Below, one piece after another: positions 51,090-61,328 of a DNA stretch of 64,000 nucleotides (position 1 is the first letter of the stretch; each line of letters begins with the position of its first letter). The translations under genes and the position numbers were made by a program. The stretch comes from Bdellovibrionota bacterium (lineage in GTDB: Bacteria > Bdellovibrionota_C > UBA2361 > OMII01): the NCBI GenBank assembly GCA_044345405.1, contig JBIJBE010000014.1, positions 1-64,000 on the forward strand, in the 5' to 3' direction. Below the pieces are notes generated by a model, which had not been told where the DNA came from, made no database searches, and was given only the letters and a program-made list of their open reading frames with translations.

Positions 51090-51935
51090 ATGGCTAAAGG
51101 CATTTTCAAGTTCATTAAAGACTCCCTCCCTAAGCTCGGCAGCTCAGAGCCCTTGTGGGTCACAAACGAGCAGGAGCCCACGTTTAAGACCGTTGAGCTA
51201 GGCGATAAGGGCCCAGACCTCGTTCTGCTGCACGGATTATTCGGAGCCCTTTCAAATTGGGATACCGTTCAGCCCCTTATGGCTGAGTACTCTAAAACTA
51301 TCGCGTTGAGCCTTCCGCTTCTTACCGCGCATCGCTCGGAAGTTAAGGTTAAAGCGCTCGCCATGTACGCCGAGTACTTCGTGCGCAGTAGAGGATTCGC
51401 TCCCGTGAGCCTATGCGGAAACTCGCTCGGTGGTCATGTTGCTCTTCGAACGTATTTCGCCGCGCCAGAGCTCGTAGATTGCCTTATTCTTACAGCTACC
51501 AGTGGACTCTACGAGCACTCAGTTGACGCGCTCCCTGTTCGCCCCGGACGCGAGTTCGTTGAGGAGCACATGCGAAAGGTGTTCGTGAACCATGAGTTCG
51601 TGACCGAAGAAGCTGTAATGGAGATCGTAAGAATCCTTGAGGACAGGGGGCGAGTGCTCAACCTGATCCATGCCGCTCGAAGCGCGAAGAAGGATAATCT
51701 CAAAGATCTTTTAGGTGAAATTAAGGTTCCGACCCTCCTCCTCTGGGGAGAGGACGATCAGGTTACCACGATGGAGGTCGCTGAGATGTTCCATCAGCTC
51801 ATACCGAACTCGCAACTGGTTACGATCAAGAAGTGCGGACACGCTCCGATGATCGAGCATCCAGAGTGGTTCTCTGAGCAGGTTAAGACGTTCCTCAAGA
51901 AGCACTCGCGTCACGCCGCGTCGATGCCGGCGTAA
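51090..51935 (+). CDS. Alpha/beta hydrolase
   Basis: LHGLFG, GNSLGG, CGHAPM motifs. Confidence 0.9.
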   Translation: MAKGIFKFIKDSLPKLGSSEPLWVTNEQEPTFKTVELGDKGPDLVLLHGLFGALSNWDTVQPLMAEYSKTIALSLPLLTAHRSEVKVKALAMYAEYFVRSRGFAPVSLCGNSLGGHVALRTYFAAPELVDCLILTATSGLYEHSVDALPVRPGREFVEEHMRKVFVNHEFVTEEAVMEIVRILEDRGRVLNLIHAARSAKKDNLKDLLGEIKVPTLLLWGEDDQVTTMEVAEMFHQLIPNSQLVTIKKCGHAPMIEHPEWFSEQVKTFLKKHSRHAASMPA

Positions 51936-52006
51936 ACTACAGCACTGCTCCTGAGACATGTTGTTTCGTTGAATCACCACCACCATTTCTACAGGGAGGT
52001 AGATGT

Positions 52007-52558
52007 ATGGAGAGAGAGACAATCAGTACCGCTTTTCCCCTCGGCTCACGGTTGCCGTCGTTCGAACTTCTCAATGTCGATGGAAAGCGCATTGGCTCTG
52101 AGTATCTTTCGGGATGCAAAGCTGGCCTAGTGGCGTTCCTCTGTAACCACTGCCCATACGTGAAGGGGAGCGAGGACATGCTCATCTCCATCGTGCAGAG
52201 ATTTGAGGCGGATGGTCTTAAGACACTCGTCATTAACAGTAATGACGCAGTGAAGTATCCAGACGACAGCTATGAAAAGATGAAGGAGAAGGCGGTGGCC
52301 CACTCATTGCCGTATCCATACCTTCATGATGAGTCGCAGGAGGTCGCTCGCTTGTTCGATGCCGCCTGTACACCGGAGTTCTATCTCTTCGACCGTGAGG
52401 GCAAGCTCGCGTATCACGGCACTATTAATGATAGCCCACGCGATCCGTCTCGTGTCACAAAAGATTTTCTCTCGAAGGCTATTGAGGCGGTGCTTGAGGG
52501 ACGAACACCTGAGCCCCAATTCGTGCATCCCCTAGGATGCTCGATAAAGTGGAAGTAG
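52007..52558 (+). CDS. Thioredoxin-fold (AhpC/TSA-like) protein
   Basis: CNHCPYV, ACTPEF, GCSIKW motifs. Confidence 0.9.
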   Translation: MERETISTAFPLGSRLPSFELLNVDGKRIGSEYLSGCKAGLVAFLCNHCPYVKGSEDMLISIVQRFEADGLKTLVINSNDAVKYPDDSYEKMKEKAVAHSLPYPYLHDESQEVARLFDAACTPEFYLFDREGKLAYHGTINDSPRDPSRVTKDFLSKAIEAVLEGRTPEPQFVHPLGCSIKWK

Positions 52559-52597
52559 TGGAGCGCGTTCGCGCATACAAAGATTTTAGAAAGGAGA

Positions 52598-54598
52598 ATG
52601 TTAGTAATGTCACTTGATCTCGCAAACCTTCAAAAGCTCGCGAATACCGTCCGGACGCTCTCGATCGACGCGATCCAAAAAGCGAATAGCGGACATCCAG
52701 GACTCCCGCTCGGGGCCGCTGATTTCACCTCAGTACTGTGGGCGAACTATCTTCGTTTTAATCCGAAGGATCCAACATGGATCAATCGCGATCGTTTCGT
52801 ACTCTCAGCGGGTCACGGGTGCATGGTGCTTTACTCGATGTTGCACCTCTTCGGGTACGACCTTCCGATGAGTCAGCTTCAGAGCTTCCGTCAGTGGGAG
52901 AGTATTACTCCGGGGCATCCTGAATTCGGTATAACCCCTGGCGTTGAGTGCACTACAGGGCCGCTTGGTCAGGGCGCCGCGAACAGCGTCGGACTCGCGC
53001 TCTCGGGCAAGATGCTCGCGGCTCGGTATGGACAGGACGTCTTCAATTACCGCGTATTCTCGTTGGTGAGCGATGGCGACCTCATGGAGGGCGTTGCCGC
53101 TGAGGCCGCTTCGATGGCGGGCCACCTTCAACTTGATAACCTCGTCTACCTCTGGGATGACAACAAGATCTCCCTCGCGGGTGAAACTGAGGTGTGCTTC
53201 ACCGAGGATGTGGCGAAGCGATTCGAGTCATACGGCTGGTTCGTTCAGACGATCGATGGTCACGATATGAAGGCTGTCGCCGCGGCGCTCGATAAAGCTA
53301 CTTCGCAGAAGGGTAAGCCGAGCCTTATCTGCTGCAGAACAGTTCTCGGATTCGGAAGCCCGAACAAGAAGAATACGCACGATGTTCACGGCGCGCCTCT
53401 TGGCGCTGACGAGGTCAAGGCAACCAAGCGTGAGCTTGGATGGCCAGAGGACGCACAGTTCCTTGTACCTGACGATGTGAAGGCGTTCTGCGCCGCGAGC
53501 ATCGAGAAGAAGGTTCAAGGCCAAGCGGCGTGGAATACGACTTACTCGGCATGGCGCTCAGCGAACGGAGAGCTCGCGAAGAAGTTGGACGCGCAGCTTA
53601 CCCGAGCGATCGATCCGAAGCTTAAGGATGAGCTTCTCGCCGCGTTCAAGGAGCCGAAGAAGGACGCCACCCGTAACCTTTCGGGTAAAGCTATTCAGCT
53701 CATCTCGAAGTACGTACCTTCCTTCATCGGAGGTTCCGCTGACCTCGACCCATCAACGAAGACCGCGGTCTCTGGTGGTGGAGATGTCGAGCACAGAAAT
53801 TACGGTGGCTTGAATATCCGATGGGGTGTTCGAGAGGCCGCGATGGGTTCCGCCTCAAACGGATTGGCGTATACCCAGTCGTGGATTCCATATACCGCGA
53901 CCTTCCTCGTGTTCTCGGATTATATGCGTCCGGCGATGCGTGTTGGCGCGATCTCTCACCTGCAAGCGCTCTACATCTTCACCCACGATAGCTTCTGGGT
54001 AGGAGAGGATGGGCCAACGCACGAGCCGATCGAGCACACGATGAGCCTTCGTATTATCCCGAATATGCACGTGTTCCGACCCGCTGATGGTGTTGAGGTG
54101 GCGATGAGCTACTACGCCGCCCTTACTCGTAAGAACGGACCAGCTTCGCTTCTCTTTAGCCGGCAGAACTTGGTGCCGCTGACTCGACCATCGTCGTTCA
54201 GTCCGGATGATGTGTTGAAGGGAGCGTACGCTCTCAACGAGGTAGCACAACCAAAGCTTCTCATCGTGGCCACAGGTTCTGAGGTTGGCGCCGCGGTTGA
54301 GGCAGCTCAAGCGCTTGAGGCCGAGGGCACACCTACCCGTGTGATTTCTATGCCGTGCGTTGAGCTGTTCAAGGCGCAATCCGATGCGTTCAAGTCGGCG
54401 CTTCTTCCGAAGGGTGTTCCTACCGTTGTTGTCGAGGCGGGGACGACGATCGGGTGGAGTAACCTTCTTGGACGAGACCTGCTCGCGATCGGAATCGATC
54501 ACTATGGAGCATCAGCGCCAGGTGAAGTTCTCTGCGAGAAGTTCGGCTTCACGGGTAAGGCTGTGAAGGAGAAGATCTCGGCGTGGATTAAGAAGTAA
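52598..54598 (+). CDS. tkt: Transketolase
   Basis: SGHPG, RDRFVLSAGH, TGPLGQG, DGDLMEG, GEDGPTHEP. Confidence 0.98.
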   Translation: MLVMSLDLANLQKLANTVRTLSIDAIQKANSGHPGLPLGAADFTSVLWANYLRFNPKDPTWINRDRFVLSAGHGCMVLYSMLHLFGYDLPMSQLQSFRQWESITPGHPEFGITPGVECTTGPLGQGAANSVGLALSGKMLAARYGQDVFNYRVFSLVSDGDLMEGVAAEAASMAGHLQLDNLVYLWDDNKISLAGETEVCFTEDVAKRFESYGWFVQTIDGHDMKAVAAALDKATSQKGKPSLICCRTVLGFGSPNKKNTHDVHGAPLGADEVKATKRELGWPEDAQFLVPDDVKAFCAASIEKKVQGQAAWNTTYSAWRSANGELAKKLDAQLTRAIDPKLKDELLAAFKEPKKDATRNLSGKAIQLISKYVPSFIGGSADLDPSTKTAVSGGGDVEHRNYGGLNIRWGVREAAMGSASNGLAYTQSWIPYTATFLVFSDYMRPAMRVGAISHLQALYIFTHDSFWVGEDGPTHEPIEHTMSLRIIPNMHVFRPADGVEVAMSYYAALTRKNGPASLLFSRQNLVPLTRPSSFSPDDVLKGAYALNEVAQPKLLIVATGSEVGAAVEAAQALEAEGTPTRVISMPCVELFKAQSDAFKSALLPKGVPTVVVEAGTTIGWSNLLGRDLLAIGIDHYGASAPGEVLCEKFGFTGKAVKEKISAWIKK

Positions 54599-54618
54599 TT
54601 CGACACCGCGAAATGATC

Positions 54619-54654
54619 AAAAGCCTCAAGGAGCGTGAGCTCCCTGAGGCTTTT
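54619..54654. terminator. Bidirectional intrinsic terminator
   Basis: AAAAGCCTCAAGGAGC-GTGA-GCTCCCTGAGGCTTTT between convergent genes. Confidence 0.85.
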
Positions 54655-54689
54655 CTATTTCTTACATTCGTTCGTACACCGGCGGTGCT

Positions 54690-55601
54690 CTACGCGGCCG
54701 AGCGTGTTGGTGATTGAGCGTCTGAGCTATGCACCAGATGGTCGGGATGATCGATCGTAGTGCCATCGCATCCGCTTCGAACGACCTGCTCGACTCTCCA
54801 GCGATATTGGTTGATATCCTTAGTAAGCCACGCGACACCCCACGCCCGCACGATTGGAGCGACCTCCTTCCACTTTGAGACGAGCTCTGGTGTCACAAGG
54901 TCAGCGCGAGGACACAACTGCTCAACCTCAAGGCGAGCGGCGATGCGGAGCACCCGCTCGTCCGCGTATCGGACGAGGTAGGCCCGTGGGATTTCAGGGG
55001 CTAATTCTTTCACCGCTTGAAGCATGGTTGGGCGCCCGGAGGTGAACACTACATTATCCTCCATGTTGTGCTCTTTGATCGCTTTCACAAGCGCCGCGGG
55101 CAGTTCGGCTTGACCGGATTTCAGCTCGACGTGGTATCGGAACGTCCTACCGTATTCTCGAAAGAGGTCCCCGAGGGTCATCATGCGGGCATCTGAGAAT
55201 TTTGGATCCTTATGACTTCCCATATCGAGGTGTTCAAGACATCCATGATAGGGGAGGTCGCGAATTCGGCCGGGATGGCCGTATGCCTTTAACGTCTCGT
55301 CATGGCACAGAACGATCTCGCCATCTTTAGAGAGTTGCGTATCGATCTCTACGTGGCGGGCGCCGAGGTTCTTCGCGAGGTCGAATGCTAAACGTGAGTG
55401 GTCAGGCGCGTATCCCGAGGCGCCTCGGTGAGCGATGATAAGAAAGTTATCTGGCACCGCAACTGGAAAGGGAGTCAGTAACGACGAGCGAAGGCTGGTT
55501 TGCTCAAGCCTTCTAAATTCGGGAGTTGTTGGTATGTGGAGCTCCTTGACGCGGTTGTCAGAGGAAGGGCTTGGGGTCAGGTGCGGGGGGAGCGACAACA
55601 T
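54690..55601 (-). CDS. Glycerophosphodiester phosphodiesterase family protein
   Basis: IIAHRGAS, VEIDTQLSKDG, HD, ELK motifs; Pro-rich N-terminal extension. Confidence 0.9.
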   Translation of the reverse strand: MLSLPPHLTPSPSSDNRVKELHIPTTPEFRRLEQTSLRSSLLTPFPVAVPDNFLIIAHRGASGYAPDHSRLAFDLAKNLGARHVEIDTQLSKDGEIVLCHDETLKAYGHPGRIRDLPYHGCLEHLDMGSHKDPKFSDARMMTLGDLFREYGRTFRYHVELKSGQAELPAALVKAIKEHNMEDNVVFTSGRPTMLQAVKELAPEIPRAYLVRYADERVLRIAARLEVEQLCPRADLVTPELVSKWKEVAPIVRAWGVAWLTKDINQYRWRVEQVVRSGCDGTTIDHPDHLVHSSDAQSPTRSAA

Positions 55602-55805
55602 GACTGGTCCTATAAATATGTACTATCGAAGGGTTATGCACCCTCTCGAACGGTAGGTTTCCTAGCGGTGTAAGCTATCAAATCGCATGGGTTTATTGGC
55701 CTTTCACGAGATGCTCGGAGGCGTTGGTATGGGGCAAATATCACCTTGCAAAGAGACGCTCCCGAGCTAGATACTACGAGGGTTACCTTTTGCTTCGGGG
55801 GCTCC

Positions 55806-57398
55806 ATGAAAAAGATAGTCTTAGGAACGGTCGTTTCTCTTCTCGCTACATCGTCCGTCTACGCCGCGGAGAAGCCCATCAAGGGAACCTTGGGATCCAT
55901 TCCATCCACCGGCACCAAGTTGCTCGCGATAGCGGACGATGGAAGGTCCTCCTCTGTGGTCATCTCAAAAAAGGCTTTCTCGATCGTTCCACCGGGCAAG
56001 ACCGCTCGATTGTATCTCCTCAAAGATGGAAAGATTACGGGACAGCTCGTTGTCTCGAAATGTAGAGGCTCCGCTAAGAAGCCAACGGCGTGTTCCAAGA
56101 CGCAGGTGTATACCGCTATTAAAGCGGGTAAGGATTTAGGAGCGCTCTCAAGAGCTGGTCTCGTGTACGTAAGCAAAGCGGTCTCACTCGGATCCGTCAA
56201 TTCCAGTGATAAGGTTACCGCGAAGAATTTTGTACCGATCGGTTTGGGTACGACCGGACTTCCGGTCGTAGGAAGCTCGCGAGCCGCCTCCGCGATGTTC
56301 TCGCTTGCCGCGACCTCTGTCGATATCGACAGGGACGGTTTAGTTGAGGCGCTCGACGCTGACGATAACAACAACGGCGTGATAGATAACTACGATTCCT
56401 CTAAGGTCGCGCAGCCCGCTAACTCGTTTCGGGTGTTTTCCAATCTGAAGCTCGACATGGATGAGAGCATTAACCTTCACGCGACCGGCCTCTCTACATC
56501 GGTTGTCGATCTGGCGCTCAGGTACGCTCAAACCCTTGCGATAGAGGTCGCTGGAGGTGTCGGAGAAACAACGGAACTCGATTGCGGAGGTCTTACCTAT
56601 TGCTCTACTGGAGGAACCGGATCTTCGCCACCACCGATTGGGACACCATTTCCTTATATTCCTGGTGGTGTCTTCGATTCTGACGGGGATGGTTTCGGAT
56701 CGATTGAAAAGGGACCTACAGGGGACTTTCAATTAAAGACTGGGGCGACTTCGTCATCTATCGCTGGTGGGGATACGCTCATCGAGCGAGTGACCTCCGC
56801 ACGTGGCGCCGAGCGTCAGATCCCGGGAGTTCTCAATTTCGTGTTCACGAGTACTCCCGCGTTGAAGACGATAGGAGGGAATTCGATTCCTACGCAGACT
56901 ATCGATTACGCGCTCACAAGCAACCGAATCGGAAGCTTCAACAACTGTGTCACGGTTCCCGCGACTGGTCCCGTGGTTGTTACGCTGTCAGGATGGCGGC
57001 CGCAGCGGCCCGGGGTCGCAGCGGCGGGTGAGGGGGCGTATGTTGATATCGGAAACTCCCTTATCACGATCGATATTCCGAACGCTCCCAGCGCTCTTGG
57101 AACGGGTAGCCCGAGTCGTGGACCTGGCAATTGCGTCGCGAGCGCGTATCAAGAGAGTGACCCGAATTTGAGCATCGGCAGCGAAGGTCTTCAGGACAAC
57201 AAGGGGGACGTTGACGCGAGCGCTTCGAATACCTTCGAGTTCGCTATCAACGTGACCGACTGCTTAGCGGCCGCTCAGGGTGGGGCGATCTCGTGGGCGC
57301 CAGGGGAACAGCTGCAACTTGATCTGCAATTTCGCAGCCGGGATGGTGATAACGCCGCCCAGAAGTTTTGTCTGAAACGGGCCGTTCCTGAAGGATAG
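55806..57398 (+). CDS. Secreted hypothetical protein with Ca-binding-like repeats
   Basis: Signal peptide MKKIVLG..VYA; DIDRDG..DADDNNNGVID and DSDGDG motifs. Confidence 0.75.
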   Translation: MKKIVLGTVVSLLATSSVYAAEKPIKGTLGSIPSTGTKLLAIADDGRSSSVVISKKAFSIVPPGKTARLYLLKDGKITGQLVVSKCRGSAKKPTACSKTQVYTAIKAGKDLGALSRAGLVYVSKAVSLGSVNSSDKVTAKNFVPIGLGTTGLPVVGSSRAASAMFSLAATSVDIDRDGLVEALDADDNNNGVIDNYDSSKVAQPANSFRVFSNLKLDMDESINLHATGLSTSVVDLALRYAQTLAIEVAGGVGETTELDCGGLTYCSTGGTGSSPPPIGTPFPYIPGGVFDSDGDGFGSIEKGPTGDFQLKTGATSSSIAGGDTLIERVTSARGAERQIPGVLNFVFTSTPALKTIGGNSIPTQTIDYALTSNRIGSFNNCVTVPATGPVVVTLSGWRPQRPGVAAAGEGAYVDIGNSLITIDIPNAPSALGTGSPSRGPGNCVASAYQESDPNLSIGSEGLQDNKGDVDASASNTFEFAINVTDCLAAAQGGAISWAPGEQLQLDLQFRSRDGDNAAQKFCLKRAVPEG

Positions 57399-57660
57399 TC
57401 TCGTAGGGGGACTGAGCTCCTAGCGCCATAACAGCGGTTCGAACGGGCGTCTCTCACGTGCCGCGGGGGAAATCCTGTCCTGTTCCCCGGGCCTAACGCC
57501 ATGAAAACACGATTCTTTTTGCTCGCTATCACCTGGGCTGCCTGATGGTCGGTCCTTTTTGCGGTATGCTGTAACAAGGGAGCGGCCTCCGGGTAGCCGT
57601 AAGCATCTTATTTCCTTGGGGTCTTTTTATGTGCCCCTCTGCGTACTGGAAGATGGAAAG

Positions 57661-59889
57661 ATGACAGCCTACCGCTTCCGATGTGTTGAAGTGCTGATGA
57701 CGGCCATCCTATGGAGCCTCGGCTCCATCTCGGCCGTGTACGCCGCGAGCCAGACGGTTGGCACCACCACCAACCCGGGCGATGTGCAGATTGTGGTCGA
57801 TGATCTCGGAGCGGTTCGGTTCGTCAGTAATGATAACAATCAAATTCAAGACCAATGGATCTGTCAGAACGCTGAGTGCTCCGACCTCAGTAACGGCATT
57901 ACTATCGCGTTCGATGATGGAGCCTCAAAACAGTTTCGTACTCGATTCTTTGCGGCGGGCACCCTCGTTACTCCCGTCAGCAACACGAAGGATGGAAACA
58001 AGGTAATTACCGTCTACCGATTGGGGAGCTCCCCTAATGATCCGTTGGTAACTCAAGAGGTCATCCTCGATCCGCCAAACCGACTCTATGACATCGCTTG
58101 GACGATATCGATTCCGAGTGGGGGAGTTTCGATAACATCGCTCCAGTTCGTGCACGGAGGAGACACCAACCTTTTAGGTAACGATTACGGGTACGGAACA
58201 TGGGATGCCAGTTCACATACCGTGAGTGTTCGGCCAGATCCGAGTGAGGGTTCTGGAGCGATGAGTCTTATCGGAGTAACCCCTCCTGACGCGTTTGAGG
58301 CCAGAAATTACACGCAAGTCAAACAACGCGGGGAGACATTCTCACTAGCGAATGTGGTTGAACCAGCTACCGTCGATATCGGCATGGCCCTTCAGTGGAA
58401 TCTTAACACTTTATCGGCTGGAGGTTCCGTTACGATTCGGAACGTCGTCCTGCTCAACACTACCACCGATCCCGCGACTCCCACTCCGAGCGCGGGAACA
58501 CCCGCCGCGACCGCTACTCCGACGAGAACGTCGACCCCTGAGAATACCCCAACCGCCACAGCAACCGGAACGGCGACAAATACGCCAACGTCCACGATTT
58601 CGGCTACGCCAACCGAAACGGCAACCTCCACCGTAACTCCGACAGTAACGGTGACCCCAACCGTCACCTCCACAGCGACACCCGGGTTCAATTCGACCCC
58701 GGATCCAGGTATCGGCGGCGTTGCGCCTCCCGTATTTGATGGTTTAGCCGGCGGCGCGACAAGCGCTTCGCGCCCGATCCTAAAGGGCTCCTCGACGATT
58801 GGAGGCTCGGTCTCAATTATGATCGATAGCGTAAGCGTAGGCAGCGCTCCCGTTGCCAAGGACGGAACCTTCTCATTTCAGGTGCCATCACCGCTCGCCG
58901 TCGGAGCTCATGAGGTGAAAGGAAAAACGGTCCTCTCTGATGGTAGCGAGAGCGCCTACTCACTCCCTGTCATCATCACGGTTCGGCGAGAGGCTGTTCT
59001 TGATTTTGATGGTGATGGCATTACGGATTTGACGGGGCACACTGTGAGAGGCGCTCGAACCATCTTCCAGAGTCTCTTGAGCACCTCAAGCAAAATCAGC
59101 TCCGCTTCGATCGATGGGTGGTTTCCGGCACCCGCGGATTACGATGGTGACGGTCGGTGGGATGTCGGCGCCATAGGGGTCGCGAACGAGGCGTTGATAT
59201 GGAGCATCAAACCTAGTGGAACTGGCGTACTTACAGCCCGATCATTCGGAAGTTCGGGAGATATAGCTCTGGTGGGATGCCGCTTTGGCGATTCAGGTGA
59301 ATACTCACTTGCGGTAGTGAAGGGGCGCTACGTGCGGTATCGCACACTCACCGGCCGATCTCGAGGTGCGTTCGCCGTCGACGCCTCCGATATGGGACAG
59401 GTCCTTGGATGCGGTGATGTTGATGGGGATGGAGTTGATGAGTTAATAGTCTCGACTCGTGAGAGCCGAGGGATTAATCGTGTGACCGCGGTGAATCGCT
59501 CGGGTAAGCGCCGCTACGTGAAGAACATCTCGCGGTTCGTGAACGCGTTCATCGCTCGTGAGGTAGAGTCTGGGGCTCCAGTACTCGGTGCTCTGCGTGG
59601 AACAGGAAGGGATAGTAAGTCCTCTGAGCTTCGGGCGCTTCGTGGAACTTTTGATTTCCCGATTGTGCAGCTTCCAAGCTCGCTCGATGTGGCCTCTGGC
59701 ACCTTTGTGCGCGGGGATGGTGCCTCTTTAACAAGTGGCATTACCTGGCAGAGAAGGGGGACCCGAGATGTCCTTCGCCTGTTGTCGCTCGAGAAAACGC
59801 CGACTAAGGTGCTTAAACTCGCCAAGGGATATCGAGTCACCAAACCGCAAGATAGTCGACGAGTCGCCGGCTCTCGTGGGAAGCGATAG
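57661..59889 (+). CDS. Secreted modular protein with Pro/Thr linker, Ig-like domain and FG-GAP-like repeats
   Basis: Signal-like N-terminus (start uncertain); TPT-rich linker; DFDGDG, DYDGDG, DVDGDG motifs. Confidence 0.8.
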   Translation: MTAYRFRCVEVLMTAILWSLGSISAVYAASQTVGTTTNPGDVQIVVDDLGAVRFVSNDNNQIQDQWICQNAECSDLSNGITIAFDDGASKQFRTRFFAAGTLVTPVSNTKDGNKVITVYRLGSSPNDPLVTQEVILDPPNRLYDIAWTISIPSGGVSITSLQFVHGGDTNLLGNDYGYGTWDASSHTVSVRPDPSEGSGAMSLIGVTPPDAFEARNYTQVKQRGETFSLANVVEPATVDIGMALQWNLNTLSAGGSVTIRNVVLLNTTTDPATPTPSAGTPAATATPTRTSTPENTPTATATGTATNTPTSTISATPTETATSTVTPTVTVTPTVTSTATPGFNSTPDPGIGGVAPPVFDGLAGGATSASRPILKGSSTIGGSVSIMIDSVSVGSAPVAKDGTFSFQVPSPLAVGAHEVKGKTVLSDGSESAYSLPVIITVRREAVLDFDGDGITDLTGHTVRGARTIFQSLLSTSSKISSASIDGWFPAPADYDGDGRWDVGAIGVANEALIWSIKPSGTGVLTARSFGSSGDIALVGCRFGDSGEYSLAVVKGRYVRYRTLTGRSRGAFAVDASDMGQVLGCGDVDGDGVDELIVSTRESRGINRVTAVNRSGKRRYVKNISRFVNAFIAREVESGAPVLGALRGTGRDSKSSELRALRGTFDFPIVQLPSSLDVASGTFVRGDGASLTSGITWQRRGTRDVLRLLSLEKTPTKVLKLAKGYRVTKPQDSRRVAGSRGKR

Positions 59890-59916
59890 TCTTTGCGGGC
59901 TCCACTCGACTTTAGA

Positions 59917-60165
59917 GTGTCGAACGATCTCCCCACCTACCATGTACAGAACATCTTCCGCGACATTCCGGAAATTGTCTCCGAGTATCTTGAGATTTAG
60001 AGATACTGAGGATGAGGCGCCCAACACCGTCCGCACCTTTGCCTCGGCACCTTGAAAATCGATGTGAGCTTTGCGAGTCGCCGTCAGCGCCTCCATCTTT
60101 CGTGCCCGACTCGCGATGTTAGACGCCAGGTCGCCGAACCGTTCGAGAACGTTGTTGATCTTGAG
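59917..60165 (-). pseudogene. phoU: phoU remnant
   Basis: LKINNVLERFGDLASNIA and NVAEDVLYMVGGEIVRH resemble the two PhoU repeats; N-terminus and an internal segment are missing, and there is no proper stop. Confidence 0.7.
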
Positions 60166-60194
60166 GCCCGGCCGCGGGGCTTGAGGGTCCAATC

Positions 60195-60288
60195 GACGAT
60201 GATGACGTGGACGATGGACGTGGGACCACGACGGTAACCCTCTACATGTATCGGTTGACTTTGTACCGTCCTCGTCGACGTCACCGAC
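60195..60288. repeat. GACGT-rich imperfect inverted repeat
   Basis: GACGTGGGACCACGACGGTA (60217-60236) versus TACCGTCCTCGTCGACGTC (60264-60282). Confidence 0.55.
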
Positions 60289-60323
60289 AAACCTGCTGGC
60301 GCGAGCGCACGGGTAGGAGTCAT

Positions 60324-60361
60324 AAAAAACGCGAGCCGGGAAGCTAGTTCCCAGCTCGCGT
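60324..60361 (-). terminator. Intrinsic terminator of ihfA
   Basis: ACGCGAGCTGGGAA/TTCCCGGCTCGCGT stem followed by a T-tract on the minus strand. Confidence 0.85.
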
Positions 60362-60386
60362 CTCATGAAGAACCACAAAGGTAGTT

Positions 60387-60719
60387 TTAGTACTCTTTGT
60401 CGATCTCGTCGTCAGATACCTTCTCGCCGTTGATAGCGCGGCGGAGAAGTTGGCTCGGCTTGAACTTCACAACGCGACGAGCGCGAAGGATGATCGTTTC
60501 ACGAGTTTGAGGATTGCGTCCCCGACGAGCTGGCTTTGACTTAACTTCGTAGCATCCGAAGCCTGACAGCATCACCTTCGCCTCTTTATCGAGAGCCTCT
60601 TTGATAAGCTCTACGTAATCTTCCACGATGTCCGCGGCCTTCTGCTTATCGATATCGATAGCAGCGTAAATCGCGTCAGCGAGGTCAGCTTTAGTTAAAC
60701 AGTAACGTGTATTGCCCAT
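60387..60719 (-). CDS. ihfA: Integration host factor alpha / HU-family protein
   Basis: LTKADL, LSGFG, RRGRNPQT, ARRVVKFKPS; start at 60719 or 60758. Confidence 0.85.
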   Translation of the reverse strand: MGNTRYCLTKADLADAIYAAIDIDKQKAADIVEDYVELIKEALDKEAKVMLSGFGCYEVKSKPARRGRNPQTRETIILRARRVVKFKPSQLLRRAINGEKVSDDEIDKEY

Positions 60720-61121
60720 ATAGGAGCTCTCCCCTTGAAGGTATCGATCGGAATTCAATTAACGTACTAATCAAGCAATGACAAGTGGTTACACGCAAGT
60801 AGCCGGAACCGTGTCAATCGCCTGTACAGCTCTCTCGCTCGAGGATGGCTCTAACTACCTGAATATCTTAGCTTTGTGATTTGTGCCCGAAATTGGCAAA
60901 AACCAAACAACGCTATGAAATCGGCGGGTTGGGACCCCTCGACGAACGGGTTTTAAGCCGTTCGCCAGATCGCTTCCATATACCTAAGACGCTCCAAAGA
61001 GGGGGAAAAGATTCAATAACTTAGAAAATTTGCTCCTCTTTCGCCCCCACGGGTGCACGGCAGAGCTTAACGCCGAATTCCTTGTCTTACTGGTAGTTAG
61101 GTCTCCTGTACGAACATTCAG

Positions 61122-61300
61122 ACGTGAACGTGCTCGTGCTCGTAAACGTGAACGTCCCCACGATCCGAGAGGTAACCTGGAGCGCATGTAGTCACGTTGG
61201 TTGTCGCGACCTTACCGCAGTGTTACGCACCGCGCTCTCATCCGGCACGAGCCGGAGCTGTCGGGTACCTTCACGTTCACGTTTACGAGCACGTTCACGT
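61122..61300. repeat. Hexamer-built inverted repeat element
   Basis: Arm 61122-61155 (ACGTGAACGTGCTCGTGCTCGTAAACGTGAACGT) is nearly the reverse complement of arm 61262-61300. Confidence 0.88.
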
Positions 61301-61328
61301 GGGCAGATCATATGGGTCGAAAGCGCGC

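Noticed and set aside
58471-58700. Repetitive DNA in the secreted protein
   Set aside because: Explained by a Pro/Thr linker with varied codons; not a DNA-level repeat.
59728-60378. 216-aa ORF as an intact gene
   Set aside because: It runs through a terminator and a repeat patch and overlaps the opposite-strand gene; only the middle is PhoU-like.
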